Counted from the stretch's first letter, positions 24,151 to 37,679 are shown. The stretch: DNA of 64,000 nt from Vicugna vicugna (GCA_013265495.1 MU057521.1:806001-870000), one strand, 5' to 3'. A program made the numbers and translations. The notes: generated by a model not told the origin, from the sequence alone.

Positions 24151-25267
24151 AATAAATATTGTCATATGATGCATATATAATTATGATATGCAGGTAATTG
24201 TGATATGACTCTTACTCCCCTATATATTGCAAAAAAATATGGGCCAGGTGCTGTTCTAAGCATTAAAAATTCAAGTTAAGACAGACACAGTCCTGCCTTT
24301 ACGTGGGCATCAGAGCTGAAGACAAAGACCTGCACTAGCTCACTGTACCTAGACAAGGTCAAGGTGTTCTCTTTTAGGGAAATCCTCAGTTAGCCAGAGT
24401 TGCGTGGCTTCCCAAATGCCACTCAGGCTATCCCCAACTGACACGTGTGACCTTGGCCAACAGTATTTAACCAGTGGCCTTCTGGCTCTATCCACGGTTC
24501 CATTTGTGTATCCCAAGGTCTTTGGTTCTCTGCAAGACAGCCCTGGCATTGAGTTCTTCCATCAGTGACACACATGGGGGCAGTAGTGACACTTGGGCTT
24601 TGAGGGGATGGGCTTTTAAAATGGAGCCCTAAAAAAGAAAGGAAAATAAAAACAATGGAAGACAAGAAGGAGGGAGGAAGGGAGGAAAAGAAGTGTGGTG
24701 TGAGAAGGGCTCAAGACAAATACTACTGTGTTGGCCCAGGTTCTTGCTCCCTTCTTGACATCACACAAAGCATGGGATTAATCCACCCAAGTGCACAGTG
24801 GGAAAGAGGGTCTGATGAGGGGAGGCGGGGGGGAGCGAAAGACCCACGGTGCCGGAGCTCACCACAGAGGGCTACACTCAGAGCCCTGCGGAAGGCTCTC
24901 CACCCTCAGGCTGCTCAGGGCTCAGACCAGCTCCTACAACACCCTGTTCTTCCTCTTCACTGGCCCCACGATGTAGCCGTTTTTGCTCGGAAGCTCCCAT
25001 GAGCCGCTCTAGCCTTAGAGATTTCCGCTTTTCTAAGCCAGCTGCAGAGTGAGCCCGGGTGTCCCAGCCACTGCGCCCTATCCAGCCCAGAGCAAGCCCA
25101 CAGTCCATTTTCTTTCTAAGACATTTACTACCAGGAAACAGATAAGAGGTAACACAAACAAGCAGAGAGGGAATTACCAAGATAAGAGCAGACCTTACAG
25201 CCAGCCTCTAGTTGTTTTCTTTACAAAACGAGATTGAATTGAATGTTTTGCTTTTTCCGGAGAGAGC

Positions 25268-25380
25268 TAAGGTGACTGAATGTGCAGGTTTGCCCGGGAT
25301 GGAGGGGGGTCCTGAGACCGTAGACCTTCAGGGCTAAAACTGGGAGAGTCCTGGAAAAACCAGAAGAGTTGGTCACCCTG
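25268..25380. mobile_element. MER81-like hAT-Blackjack MITE
   Basis: About 113 bp with TIRs taaggtgact.../...ggtcaccctg and internal 'tttgcccggga' and 'gctaaaactgggagagtcc'. Confidence 0.8.
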
Positions 25381-25817
25381 CAAGAGCTCAAACGTGCCCC
25401 CTCGCCTCCTTCAGACTGAGCTGCCAGACTCAAAGCTGTGGGACGTCCCCCATCAGGGCTGAGCAAAGGTGGGAGTTAGGGCTCCTCCAGGTGCCTGTTT
25501 GTCTCAAGTGGGCAATTTACATTTCTCAAGGCCATTGCTAAGGAATCACTGGGTAGGTGATTCCTGGCTCCCAGGAACCCACACAGCCTGCTCCTTCCTC
25601 ACCTAGACGGGAAGGAGGAGTCCGGGAGGGCTCCACTTAGGTGCTCCCTGGCCATATTTTAGGGATTGAATACCTTCTCAAATCTAAGAAATCCTCCCAT
25701 CTCTGACCCCTCAACAGCATTTTGCAAACTGCTGTTTCCTGGAAGATTATCTTATAAACCATCTGAAAGTTAATCTGGTTTCTTTGTTGCAGGACATCCA
25801 CCATGGTAATGTGCTGT

Positions 25818-26261
25818 TGTGGGGGAAATTTTTCCTCCTCCCCTTCTAGGTTCTTTGGCTGGTCTAGTCATTCAATTGGCACAAGACAGAAGAAACACAA
25901 TTTTTAAAAATTGTCTACATACAGGATCCCCGTAAAATTACAAGACCCAAAGACAGCCAGGGAAATGAGGTTTATATGCTATCCTGATCTGCGAAATGGG
26001 ACCTAGGGGTTCAAAGGGGAGGAAGGTAACTCACAGGATGATCAGAAGAGATTTTGATCACAGACGTTTGCCCTGCCATATAGAGAGGTCATTCAGATAA
26101 AAAGTTACTTCTGAGTCAGGCTGCCGATCTAAATTCCTTTAGTAGTTAAGGGAGAGGCAATAGCTTTTCTTGAGTCTGCTGGGTCCTGATGGACTTCAGC
26201 TCAAAATAATTCACATGCCCAAACGGCACATTTTGGGGGTGGCATATTCTGCTCTCCTTCA
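25818..26261 (-). mobile_element. ERV1 solo LTR, MER34/MER39-like (copy H)
   Basis: TG...CA termini; the minus strand starts TGAAGGAGAGCAGAATATGCCACCCCCAAAATGTGCC. Confidence 0.85.
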
Positions 26262-26540
26262 CCGCTGAGGAACATTTCTTAGAGGGACACAAAGGATGCA
26301 GCCCCTCCCCACCTATTCAACTACAGACTTTCCTCCCTTCTCTTCAGGGAGTTACTGTCACAGCCCCCAGCACACATGCTCTGAAGAGCATACGACCCTG
26401 GGTTCTTTGATTTCACTAAGGAGCTTTGGACCTTCTCCTGGTGACACCCAGTGTTCCTGTCATGGAAAAATCATACAGAATGCTGGTGGGGTTTCACTGA
26501 GGTGAACCTAGCACCAGCCCAGCCATGCCAAGCAATGTAC

Positions 26541-26605
26541 TGTGTGTGTTTGTGTGTTTGTGTGTGTTTGTGTATGTGTGTGTGCATGTGTGTGCGTGTA
26601 TGCAC
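26541..26605. repeat. Imperfect (TG)n microsatellite
   Basis: Directly visible in the sequence. Confidence 0.95.
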
Positions 26606-28724
26606 ACGCTGGCTGGCTGCCCTACTCAATTCTTCGCACCTCAACCCAGGTTGCAAGCACCATTTCTGCTGGCTTTGGGAGGGCTGTTGAAAGTCTCTCC
26701 AAAGGCCACTGTGCCTGTGTGATTTCTTGTACTTCCTAAAAATTGTGAGGTCCAATAGGTACAAATTCCAGCCAGTATAATTTTGGGGTCATCCCCTCAT
26801 GTGCCAGCATATGTGGGAGTCACTGTTAAAAATGGTAATTTTGTTATATTCTTGCTTAAATGTACCATTGCATATGCACATGCTAGGTTTTCCAGTAGCA
26901 TTAAAAACTGTTGAATTGAGATCGGTTAAAAGCAATACACGTTATAGTTCTTTTTCCCAATGATGCATCTTTCTCATTTTTTCCCTACATTTTGTTTTTG
27001 CAATTTTTTAAATGGCAATAAAACCAACCAGTGCTGATTTATATACTGAAACCAGACTCTCTGAGGTAGATTGGGAAGTGGAGTTTGAATTCCTGTTTAT
27101 TTATTTTCCCCTGCAGCTAATGTGGCTTGTCTGTCATTCTGGTTCTGAGTGCTGATGCTAAGGAAGAAGAAAGGCCACCTCCGGCTCCTACAGGGCATTT
27201 ATCACCTGTAATTTCCCAGAAGTCCTGCCTCTAGTCTCCAAATTCGTTTCCTCCAGCGCAAACTGACTTTCGCTGAGTTAAGTTTGGAGCCAAGGTGTTT
27301 TGCAGGTTCAAAGAGGTAAACTTTGCAAGCCACCGGGCTGGGCCCACCACCCTGCGGCTCCCCCGGAGGGGGAGCTGCTGTCCCACCACACCCTCTGCTC
27401 AGCGCCGGCTCCATGGGCAGTCTTCACCCCACACACAATCCAAGTTGTTTAATTAAAAGATTTCCAGCTCCTCATTTCCTAAGTGGAACAGAATGGTAAG
27501 TGTCCCTGCTGTAAAGTAAATAATGGAGATCAGTCTTCTCTCATGCATCCTGGTGAGGGAAGCTGCTCTTAGAAGAGCTGGCAGCCTTTCCAGCACAGCA
27601 CTTTGGGCTGAGACTCACACATATGTGCTATTAAAGTTGATTTCTGGAAAGTGCCATTAGAGGTATTTATTCAGAAGAAGCCACGTATTTGAATGGTGTT
27701 CAAACAAACAGGCCTTTCTCCTCTCCCCAACCTCCAACTTTTGGGGCAACCTTCTCTGAGCCTTTAAAAACTTGATGACACCCTTGCATAAATTCCCTCT
27801 TTCTGTACCAGCTGGTCTCAACTGGCATCGGAACACCGCTGAAGCTGTCTAAGTGGCAGCTTCCTGAGAAAACTAACTTCCTTTCCTGTCCTCCCCAGTC
27901 TTAGACCAGTTGAAGTCACCTTTTCAAGAACAACCTGTCCCCTCTTTCCACCTGCAAATGCGGGTAGTTCCTTCGGGCAGCTCACAGTACAAAGTGTGGC
28001 AGGAGCCGCCCAGGTGTTCTGCTGGCCCGGGGAGAGGGACAAAGTCCAGAGTGCGCAGTGAATTTCAGGGTCCTAGAATGTGACAAGGGGCCCTAGAGAG
28101 GATGCATTCCTGCACTGCCCTGAAGAGGAGGCTGAGGCCCTAGGTCATTGAGCACCCGGCAGCGGGGAAGGGAAGAAAGCCAGGGACTGCTGGTTCCTGC
28201 GGACTCTAATCTGGACCACCCAGAAGACCCACACCTCCACTGCTCCCCAGGTGGGATTTCCCTTTGCAGAGAAGGAAGCCTGTCTTAGGAAGACAGACCA
28301 GCTTCTAGATGGCAGCCAGCACTGTAGGGTGAAGACAGGGCAGGACCAGAAAGGACTGTGGGCTTAAAAAATCTTTTCTATGCTTTCCCTTTTTCTTTTC
28401 TTTTTTTCAGATTTAATATGCAAAGATGGGAGTTAATTATTCTCTTCAGTTCATAGCACATTATCATTGCTGTCCCCTAAATGGCCCTCTGTTGCTTTGT
28501 TTATTTGCTTTATCTCAAAATCTTTATCTCCAAAGCTTTATCTCCAAATTCATTTCTCCTCACAGGCAAGCATTCTAATCGGTTAAATCAGTGTCTTTTT
28601 ATTTGTATGTGTTCTAGCAAAATGGTATTATTGTGTGGGATATATGGATACATGGGTAGAGAGCTAGACCTCTATATGATAGATACGAGGTTTTTATTTT
28701 GAAACAATTACAGACACACACACA

Positions 28725-29565
28725 ACATTCATTTTAAAAAATTACAGAGGCACACGAAAAGATGTTCAACTTCATTACTCATGAGAGAAATGCAAATCAA
28801 AATCACAATGAGATACCACTTTACACCCATTAGGATGGCTGTTGTTAAAAAAAAAAAAAAGCAAACAAAACCCAAAATAACCAGTGTTGGTAAGGATGCA
28901 GAGAAACTGGAAACTTCCTGCATGGCTGGTAGGGACATAAAATGGTGCAGTTGCACTAGAGAACATTGTGACAGTTCCACAGAAAGTCCTTAAACATAGA
29001 ATTACCATATGATCAAACAACTACACTCCTAGGTATGTACCCAAAAGAATGGAGAGCAGAGACTCAGATACTTGTACATGAGTGTTCATAGCAGCATCAT
29101 TCGCCATAGCCAAAAGGAGGAAACAACCCGTGTCCATCAACAGATGAATACGGATTTTTTTAAAGTCAATATACGCATACAGTAAAATGTTATTAAACCA
29201 CAAAAGGGAATAAAATTTTGATCTACATTACAACATAGATGAACCTTAAAGGCATTATGCTAAGTGAAATAAGCCAAAAAGGATACATATTGAGTGACTG
29301 AAATATATAAGGAGCCTAGGATAGCCAAACTCATAGAGACAGAAGGTAAAATAGTGGTTACCAGGCGCTGGAGGGAGCAGGGAACGAAGAGGTATTATTT
29401 AATGGGTACAGAGTTTCAATCTGAGATGATGAAAAAGTTCTGGAGATGGATGCTGGTGAAAATTGTACAAAATGTGAACGTCCTTGATGCCACTGAACTG
29501 TATACTTAAAAAGGGCTAAAATGGTAAATTTTAGTTCTGTACATTTTATCTCACCCACAAAAAGA
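28725..29565 (+). mobile_element. L1 (L1MB-like) ORF2 C-terminus and 3' UTR
   Basis: ORF 28781 reads [20 protein letters not shown], an L1 ORF2p C-terminal motif; ends 'gccactgaactgtatacttaaaa...atggtaaatttt'. Confidence 0.93.
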
Positions 29566-29619
29566 CATGTGAAAAATTCCCCGCCACCAAAGATAAGATT
29601 CCGATAAACATCTTTGTGC

Positions 29620-30470
29620 CTGTCCCACGATGGCGCTGTGTGAGAACTTCTCTGGGATACATTCCTAGAAGCCAAATTGCTGCGACATTTTAAATTTAAC
29701 CAAGTACTGCCAGGTTGCTCTCCAGAAAGGCAGCTCCAGTCTACACTTCCTCCCACCCGCAGAGCACAAGTATTTCTGTGTCCTGCCATTCCAGACAACA
29801 CTTGACAGTGCTAGCTTTCCAACTTTTTCAAGTCGAATACAAGAAAAGTGCTGTTTTACGGTGCATTTCTCTAATTGCTAATGGTTTTGCTCATCTCTTC
29901 ACAACCTTATGAGCTTTTTGAAATTCCTCCTCTGTGTAACGGGCTAAATGTGTCCTCCGTGAAGAGGCATGCTGAAGTCCTAACCCCCAGTGCTTCAGGA
30001 TGCGACCTTATTTGGAAGTAGGGTCTTTGCAGATGTAATCAAGTTAAAATGAGGCCGTTAGAATAAGCTCTAATCCAGTATGCCTGGTGTCCTTTATGAA
30101 AGAAGAAATTTGCACACAGGAACCATGTGAAGGGATATAAGAGGAACACTGTACAAAGACCAGAGCTGAACTGTCACAAGCCGGGGATGTCTGGGGCTAC
30201 CAGAAGCTGGAAGAGGCCAGAAAGAAACCTTCTGCAACAGTCATTAGAGAGAGCCTGGCCCTGGTGACACCTTGATTTCAGACTTCTAGCCTCCTGGGCT
30301 TTGAGACAGTAAATTTCTGTTGTTGCCCACCACCAGTTTGGGGTTACCATTTTGTTACGGCAGCTGGAGGAAACTGATATGCTCTGTGAATTGCTTGTCC
30401 ATCTTATTTGCCCACTTTTCAGTGGGGCTCTCGCTTTTTCCTATAACGTGCAGCTGTTCCTTGTCTGCCC
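29620..30470 (-). mobile_element. Old L1M fragment interrupted by an MLT1 LTR
   Basis: 'tgcatttctctaattgctaatg...catctcttcac...tcctcctctg|tgaattgcttgtccat...tgcccacttttc' continues across the LTR. Confidence 0.7.
29935..30381 (+). mobile_element. MaLR LTR (MLT1C-like)
   Basis: MLT1 motifs throughout; perfect 5-bp TSD ctctg/ctctg. Confidence 0.9.
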
Positions 30471-31699
30471 TGGGTCACCTTCGGTTCTTGCCTTTCTCCC
30501 TCGGTCACGCCCACCTGCTCCCCTGGGGCCGCTCTGAGGGCAGAGTTTCACGTAGAAGGAAAGGGCAACCCAACCAGATGCAGGCGAGAGGGAAAGAGAG
30601 AACAGGGGTATCTTCAGGCAGAGGAGGCTTTGCGCGGCCCCCAAACAGAAACGGGAAGGCCGTCTTGGGCTGGAGGACGCTCAGCCTGGAGACATGGAGG
30701 ATCCTCTGCGGTTCTGCACCTACCTTGAACCCTTTATCCCCAAAGCCTCTGATGCCCACCTATGGCTGAGATCAGTAGGTAAGTCTCAGCTAGATCCCCA
30801 AGCGATTTTCAGGCCACCCGGTGCCCATCTTCAAGGAAACCAGCTGTTTGCCTCACACCCACATATGTGGGGTCTAGTGGTTACCAAAACCCCGTGGAGA
30901 AACCAGGCACCGGGCCACGTTAGGCCTTCTGAAACTGTCCTCTGATTTGGTTCCCCTGAGCCCTTCAGAATATCCAAGGAGGAAGGCCATGAAATATTTA
31001 AAAGGTCTTTGCTTCAGAAGGGCACTTTTGTTGCCAAAGCTGGAAATGTGGAGAGGAGAGGCTACGGCCGGCTGGAAGAAGGCATCTCCGGCACATGTGG
31101 GTATGATTCTGTCCAGGATGCAGTGTCTAAAATGAGCCAGTTTCAGCCATCATTCATTTTCACTTCCCTGAACTGTGCCATCTCTTACTGTCTCACGGTA
31201 CCTTCCCCGAGAGGCCTCTTACAGGCCCCCACCAGTCCCCAGGCTGCAGCACTGGAATTCTAGCAACGTGTCTGAGAACCCTCTCTCGGAAACCTCTGCC
31301 CCCCTGGGTGTGGTGTGGGGAGATGACCAGACCCTGAATCCTGCGCCAAGAAGCTCGACAGTTACTGACACCAAAAAAAGCAAAAAGACGCCGTCTATAT
31401 ACCCTTAGTACATTCAGCTTAACTGAGAATCTTTTTCAAAAATTCTCTTTCTTGAAAAAGATCAAATGACATGACTGAGAAGACTCACAAAGCTATTGCT
31501 AGCCTGGAGAACTCAGTCTAGCATCAATGTTTTGGTAAACAAACCTCCTTTTAAAGAATGTCATTCAACTGTTTAACAAACACGTATTGCCTGTGAATTC
31601 AAGGCCTTCAGTAGCTGTATTTTTTTTTTAATAAAATAGTACTTCTGAACCAAACTGAATCATTCCTACATATACGTATGGAACTTAAGGTTCTGTATT

Positions 31700-32590
31700 A
31701 AGTTTTATCGCCTTGGGGTGGGGGTGGGGACCTTCACAAACAAGACGTGAGATTCAGAAGCTGTCAAGGAAAATGGGCAGATGTGAATATATAATATACT
31801 TTTTAAAAGGCTCCTGCCTAGCAACAACAAAAATGAGGCCAAAAAAATCAAATTAAAAATAAAAGATAGATGGGGAAAAGATGTTGTATCATGTACAAGA
31901 CATTAGGTCAGTGGCCATACTCTTCAAAGAACTTATACAAACTTAAGAAAAGGACCCAAGCCTCCCCTCCACAAAGCCCACATTCGTATATTCCCAGAGA
32001 AAATACAAATGGAAGAAGAATATATGATTTTTTCAAAAAAGAATATGTGATAAGATATCCAATCTACTAAAGAAATAAAAATCTTAAATATGACCTCTCT
32101 CCTCATACTGATAAACAAAAGCTTAAGTGGGGGTTGGAGGGGAGACTGGAACTTTTACATACTGTTAGTAGGCATATAAATTGGTACAGAATTTTTTTGG
32201 AAGGCATTTCTGCATTGCCTCTTCAACTTCAACACATGCATACCTAGTAACCTAATAAATCCAATCTAGAAACTTATTGTATGACAATTCTTGCGTATGT
32301 ACCTCATGACATATACAAGGAGAAGTATCAAATAAATTATGGTACATCCATTCAACAACACTGTGTACCCTTTAAGAAGGATGGAGTGTTGCTCTAAATA
32401 CTAACCTGAAAAATGCCTGTGATATATTGTTAAGCGAGAGAATCAAGTTGTAGAATAAGATATACATATGTAACAATTCCATTTATGTAACAAAAATTGT
32501 GAAGATTGGCAGATAGACAGGTAAGGGAGCAATCAAGCATGAGCTTAGCGAAAAAGAATGATACATACCAACATATTTAGTGGTGAGATG
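31700..32590 (+). mobile_element. Highly diverged L1M(E) fragment
   Basis: 'acatactgttagtaggcatataaattggtaca', 'aataaattatggtacatccat', 'gatatattgttaagcgag'. Confidence 0.75.
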
Positions 32591-33479
32591 ATCAGTTTTC
32601 CCATCCTACTTTATGGTATAGAACTTTCCATAAAATAACCTGTTCTAGTCCTCTTGATCTTGATAACACCACAGATCATGCAGCAAGCTCTCAAAGTCAT
32701 CACCTGGGACACTCATCTCTATATGCCCCAGATCTAGCTCAGTGGCAGACATCACAGGCAGCTCAACAGCTGTATAGAGCCTCACCCTTCCCCACTCCAC
32801 ACAGCCACAGAGGTTAACGTGGCTTTATCATGATTCAAGGTCAGCTTGAGTCTACTCTCTGAGCCAACCTGCAGAATAGCTTGGTGAAAGCAAAAGTGTA
32901 AAGACACAGGAACTGCCACCCAAGTCTGGTCCAGCTTCTCCTCACCACGGCTGCAGCCAGTGGCCACCAGCTTGCCCCGGTCTGAAGGCTCTTACTCCAG
33001 GTCACAGGGAACAGCTCAGTTCACAGGGTGAGACCCAGTGGGATAAATGACTATCTGGTAAGGTGCGTGAGGGCCAAATAGGGGCAACAGAGGAGACAGG
33101 GAAGTAAGAGAAAGGAAACAGAGGCCAAGGGAGTCACGTGACACCACGAGGAATTGACAGTGAGCAAGAAAAAATGCACAGTATTCTATATTTTCACATA
33201 GAACAATTCTCAAAAAGGCCAGATGACCTGGCCTTGTCTTTTAACCGCTCCTGCTGTAGTCATAAAGTCTTTTTTGAACACGACGACAAAATAAATGAAT
33301 CTTTCCTAAGTGAGAGAGTCAAACATTAATAAAATAAACTCCTTGAAATAAATCTCCAAACTGGATTTTCAAGCTTGGGCTCACAAGAACGCACCAATTT
33401 GCAGGCTGGCCCTTCACAAGGGTGTCTGACATCCCAACGATTTGTCTTACTCTTTGGTCTGCTGTCATATTATCGAAAG

Positions 33480-33650
33480 CTAATACTTGTCAAGGTCTTA
33501 CTAAATGCCATTATTCTAAGCATTTCGTGTGTATTGGCTCTTTTCACAGCAGCCCTGGGAGGTACATAGGAAGTAAGAAGCCCGGCGTTACAGCTGAAGT
33601 GTCTGTGTGGTTAAGTAATTTGCCCAAGATCACCCAGTTAGTAGATATGG
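33480..33650 (-). mobile_element. MIR SINE
   Basis: 'ggttaagtaatttgcccaagatcacccag'. Confidence 0.7.
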
Positions 33651-33659
33651 GGTCTCAGG

Positions 33660-33825
33660 CAGCGATTCTTAAATTTTCATGTGTATCTGAATCATCTGGG
33701 CATCTTATTAAAGTGCAGATTCTGACTCAGGAGGTCCAGGGTGGGGCCTGAAGTTCTGCATTTCTCATAAGCACCCCGGGAATGCCAGAGAGGCTCCCCC
33801 GACAGGCCACACTTGGAGAAGCCGG
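33660..33825. mobile_element. MER5A-like MITE
   Basis: 'gaatcatctggg..tcttattaaagtgcagattctgactcag..ggtccagggtggggcctga..ttctgcatttct'. Confidence 0.85.
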
Positions 33826-34232
33826 ACTCTGCAGCTGATCTGAGTTACCCTTGCAGGGCCAGGCGGCAATGCCAGCTGTGAGCTCCAAGGACGCAGATTA
33901 ACCTCTCTGTTTAAAAGAAGAGACTGGGGAGGATGAGCTCTGGACGCTGTCCAACTCTATCGTTTAAAACCAATACAAAATCATCATAGGACAAAATCAC
34001 CACCACATTGCTGTGCTACATACACTCTGTGCCCAGGCCCCACGTCGGTGCATCCAGTAAATACTTATTGGGGTATTGAACTAGGCACTGGTGGCTACAA
34101 GAGTTAAGACAATTCATGTCACTACAGAGATCAATCCTAGGGTACGGGGAAGAGTGTAGCCCCCAGCGTGTCATATACTGTAGAGAAAGAACAGGACGGA
34201 AACAGACAAGTCTTGTCATAGAAAGTGACATC

Positions 34233-34741
34233 TGAGGGGTACCGGAATACATCACCCCAAAATATGCCCCTTTGGCACATGGATGATTTCGAGCTAAAGG
34301 CAACTGAGAACTTGCAGATGTAGGAAAAGCTCTTTACCTTCCCCACCTGCCTAAAAATAAAGTAGAAATGCCTCCTTTTGAAAAGGAAATTCACACTTAT
34401 AATGTAAAATTCCGTTTGTAAAGATGTCTCTGTACTAGGAAGAGATCTACTCAGGAGACAACTCACGTGTGTAACAAGACGATCCTCATTTATCTCACAT
34501 TTCCTCCCCGTCTCTCCCCCTACTCAGGAGCCCCAAACCCCTTTTCCTTTGTTTAGCTTAACATGGTATATAAGCCCCAATTATCTGCCATCTCCTTGAG
34601 CCCCATTTTCTCCATAAATCTCCATGCAAGGTGCATAATTAAAATGATTTTTCTCTTGTTACGCTGTCTTATTTCAGTTTGATTCCCAGGCCCTAGACAT
34701 TGAGCCTATGAGGGTGCAGGGGGGAAAAATTCTCCCCGACA
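34233..34741 (+). mobile_element. ERV1 solo LTR, MER34/MER39-like (copy I), inserted in an L2
   Basis: TG...CA termini, TSD catc/tatc; the flanks rejoin as the L2 motif 'aaagtgacatc|taagctgaga'. Confidence 0.88.
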
Positions 34742-34744
34742 TAT

Positions 34745-35290
34745 CTAAGCTGAGATGTGATGGGTACCTAGGAGCCAGCCCCTTGGAAGTGGCTGGGGAA
34801 GAGAGGCAGATGGAAGAAAGAGCACAAGAGAAGGCCTGGAAGTCAGCGAGGAATTAAAAGATGTTAACAGAAATAGTGATTGTCCTGCAGGCTGGAGAGG
34901 AAAGGGTGTGGGAGGTAGAGATGTGAGTGGGGTCAGCACACACTGAATCCTAAAGGCCCAACTTCTTCACATGGCCAGTGGGCTCGGGTGATGCAAAGCC
35001 CTTGAGGAGTTTTAAGCAGGAGATGGATAGGTTCAGATTTTAGTTTAAAAAGGAGCTGCAGTGTATAGAATAGAATGTGGGGAGGTGGGGGAGGAGGGGA
35101 CAAGGTTGGAAACAAGGTGTCAACTAGGAGGCTGTTACAGTTGTCACTGGGAAAAATGACTGTGACCTAAACTGGGGTAGCAACAGTGGGGGTCGCAGGG
35201 AAAGAGACACACTGGAGAGACATTTAGACAGAGAGGACAGAGTGAACAAAATGAAGGGTAAGAAGGAGGCGAGTCAGAAAAAGACAGTAC
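34745..35290 (-). mobile_element. L2 fragment
   Basis: 'gagttttaagcaggaga...tcagattt.agtttaaaaagg', 'aggaggctgttacagttgtc'. Confidence 0.75.
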
Positions 35291-37679
35291 TGAAAGGTAA
35301 TTTTTGAAAAAGAAAAAAAAAGTAAAAATCATGACTCATAAAGATATAAAATGAACACAAGTTAAAGATTTTATTTCACTCATAAAGAAGGAAGCAGGCA
35401 GATGTTATAACTGGTTCAGGGAGAAATTGAAAAACAGACACATTTATAGAGGAGGAATATTGAAATGAATGTGCAGATGGAGGCAGAACTAGCTTCTCCC
35501 ACAGCGGGGGAGGGGAGTCGGGACCTCCACGAGACAGGACAGACTTGGCACACCCAGAGCTAAGAGTCATTCTGCATTCTGGCGGTCACGCACGATTTAC
35601 AGAGTGGTGCGATGGGCCCCGTGGAATCAGAATACTCAGAGGGGCGTCCTCTAGACGATGCATAGTTTTGCACAGAATCACAGATTTGTCCTTGAGGGCA
35701 AGATGGCTTTGTGATGCTGACTTGGACACCTAGGGGGACAGGCATGACACTGACCGCACAGGAAATGTGGGCAGAGAGGAGGGTCCGAGGGGCTGAGGCA
35801 GAGACGATGGGACGTTGCTTGGTCTCATTTCAGTGGCGGGCACTTCCACCTGGGGGAGATGTGGCTGGACAAATACTTGAAGATATTTAGGGGAACCTCC
35901 CCTCTCAAAACAGGGCATGCTCTTCAAAGAAGAGGCGGACTTAAACTAGATAGGCATGAAAAGCCGAAGGTCTAAGGCCAGTGTGCTGCCTTGGGCAGGG
36001 TTGGCCCTGTTTTGATTTCATGGATAAAGTCCCTCGGGCTCAGTGGTTCCAGTTTGGGAGGAGGCACGGCTTGAAGCGCCTTCCCTGCTGTAACCACATT
36101 TGACACAGACTGAGCGCCATTTTGCAGAAGGTTCTGTGTCTTGCACTATGGTGTATTCCAAAGAGATCTTGCATGGAAGGAACTTCCAGTGTGGCTGTTT
36201 CAAATTTGGAATGCATTTTTCATTAGAAAAATGTTACCCATGTGACCACTTCCTCAACCCAGCAACAATGCTCTTTGTTAAGACTCCTAAAAACAGGCAC
36301 TGCTTTCCAAACCCCAAACTGGAAAACGTGCAAAGGATTGTCCTCAATTTGTCAATTTGCAGGAAACAACATATAAAAATTATTTTTAAAAAATGAGGTT
36401 GGTTTTATGGCTTCTGTGTTTTGAAAACAATAAATTCAGTTGAAGCTTGGGGCTGCCTGGGTTATTTCCGATTATATGTTAGTAGATGCAGGAAGTAGTT
36501 TTAACAGCATGTGCTAGATTTACATTTTGTTTTTTACTAAGTAAAGCACTATGAGCATTAGTAAAATAAGTAGAAAATGGGAAGGAGAGACAAGAGCAGC
36601 AACTGTTTGTGCAGAGTCTAGAAGGAATTCTGTGTTTCCCAGCCTCTGAAGCTCTCTATTTCTCCCAGCAAGTGACATCTGACCCTTACGTACAGGTCCA
36701 GTCCCACCTCCAGTCTAAGAAGCTCTTAAATAAAGGTGTTTGGGTCCTTCTAGGTGGTCTTAACAAGTCCTGTCCTGTGGCCACAAAGACCTGAGTTTTG
36801 GAGGGACTAGACTTCAAAGTCTATAAACAAGACTCACCATGTTCGAGCCCCCTTCTCTGAGCCCAAACGGACCCTCTTCCCTGCTGTTGCCAATCTTGCT
36901 GGACTTTGAGTACCACCTCCACCGGATGCTCTGCCGTCATGCTCAGCCTGCCAGTAGGAATGTCCTGATCTCCGGGACAGGCCCACCACTCACCCCATGT
37001 TGAGTGCTCAGGACTCTGGCCCACGCTGTTTGTGTCCTTCAGATGCTCTGCCCTGGACTCTACACAAACCTCCGCCCAACGCCAGCCACTGGGAGGCCAC
37101 CAAGCAGCAAAGCTGTCGCAGTGGCCGGATCCCACGCCTGGCCCTGTCCAGCCACTTCTCTGTTCACACATCACTGGGTCATGTCTGTCTTCACTCTGAA
37201 AATCCAGTTAATTGTGGTTTGCAGCACTGTCTAAATTTACATTAAAACTGAAATCTGTCCTTTTTAAAAGTAGATTCATATACTATGGAAACACCAAGAG
37301 ACATTGAGAGCCTTTGGTTCAAGGTCTCTTATTCTCTTCTGACAAGCTGAAATTTTAACCTCCAGATATTGTCTTATGCTGTCCCCTCTCCTGCTTCCAC
37401 TCTGCACATCCCTGCTCTCTTCTGCGAATCTGCAGCCGCAAAAACATTGCTGAGTTTGACTTCCCATATTTTGTACTCCATAGAAGATGGATTTGTTTTT
37501 TATAAATATAATCTTACAGTGAATATTTATTCTTTTATCCAACATTAAAAATCACTATCCCCCATGTACGGATGTGTGTGTGCATGTGAATATTAGCTTG
37601 TTGAAATGAATTACATCCATGGTGTATTTCATTTCCCCTTGATCTTCGCTTGTGTAATATCATCAGGACTGAGAGCTTG

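Noticed and set aside
16204..28262. NF-kB motifs GGGATTTCCC (16204 and 28253) and scattered STAT, AP-1 and octamer motifs
   Set aside because: Several such matches are expected by chance in 64 kb, and there is no evidence of clustering.
36821..37200. Minus-strand ORF with gtgagt donor-like sites
   Set aside because: No homology recognised and no consistent exon chain.
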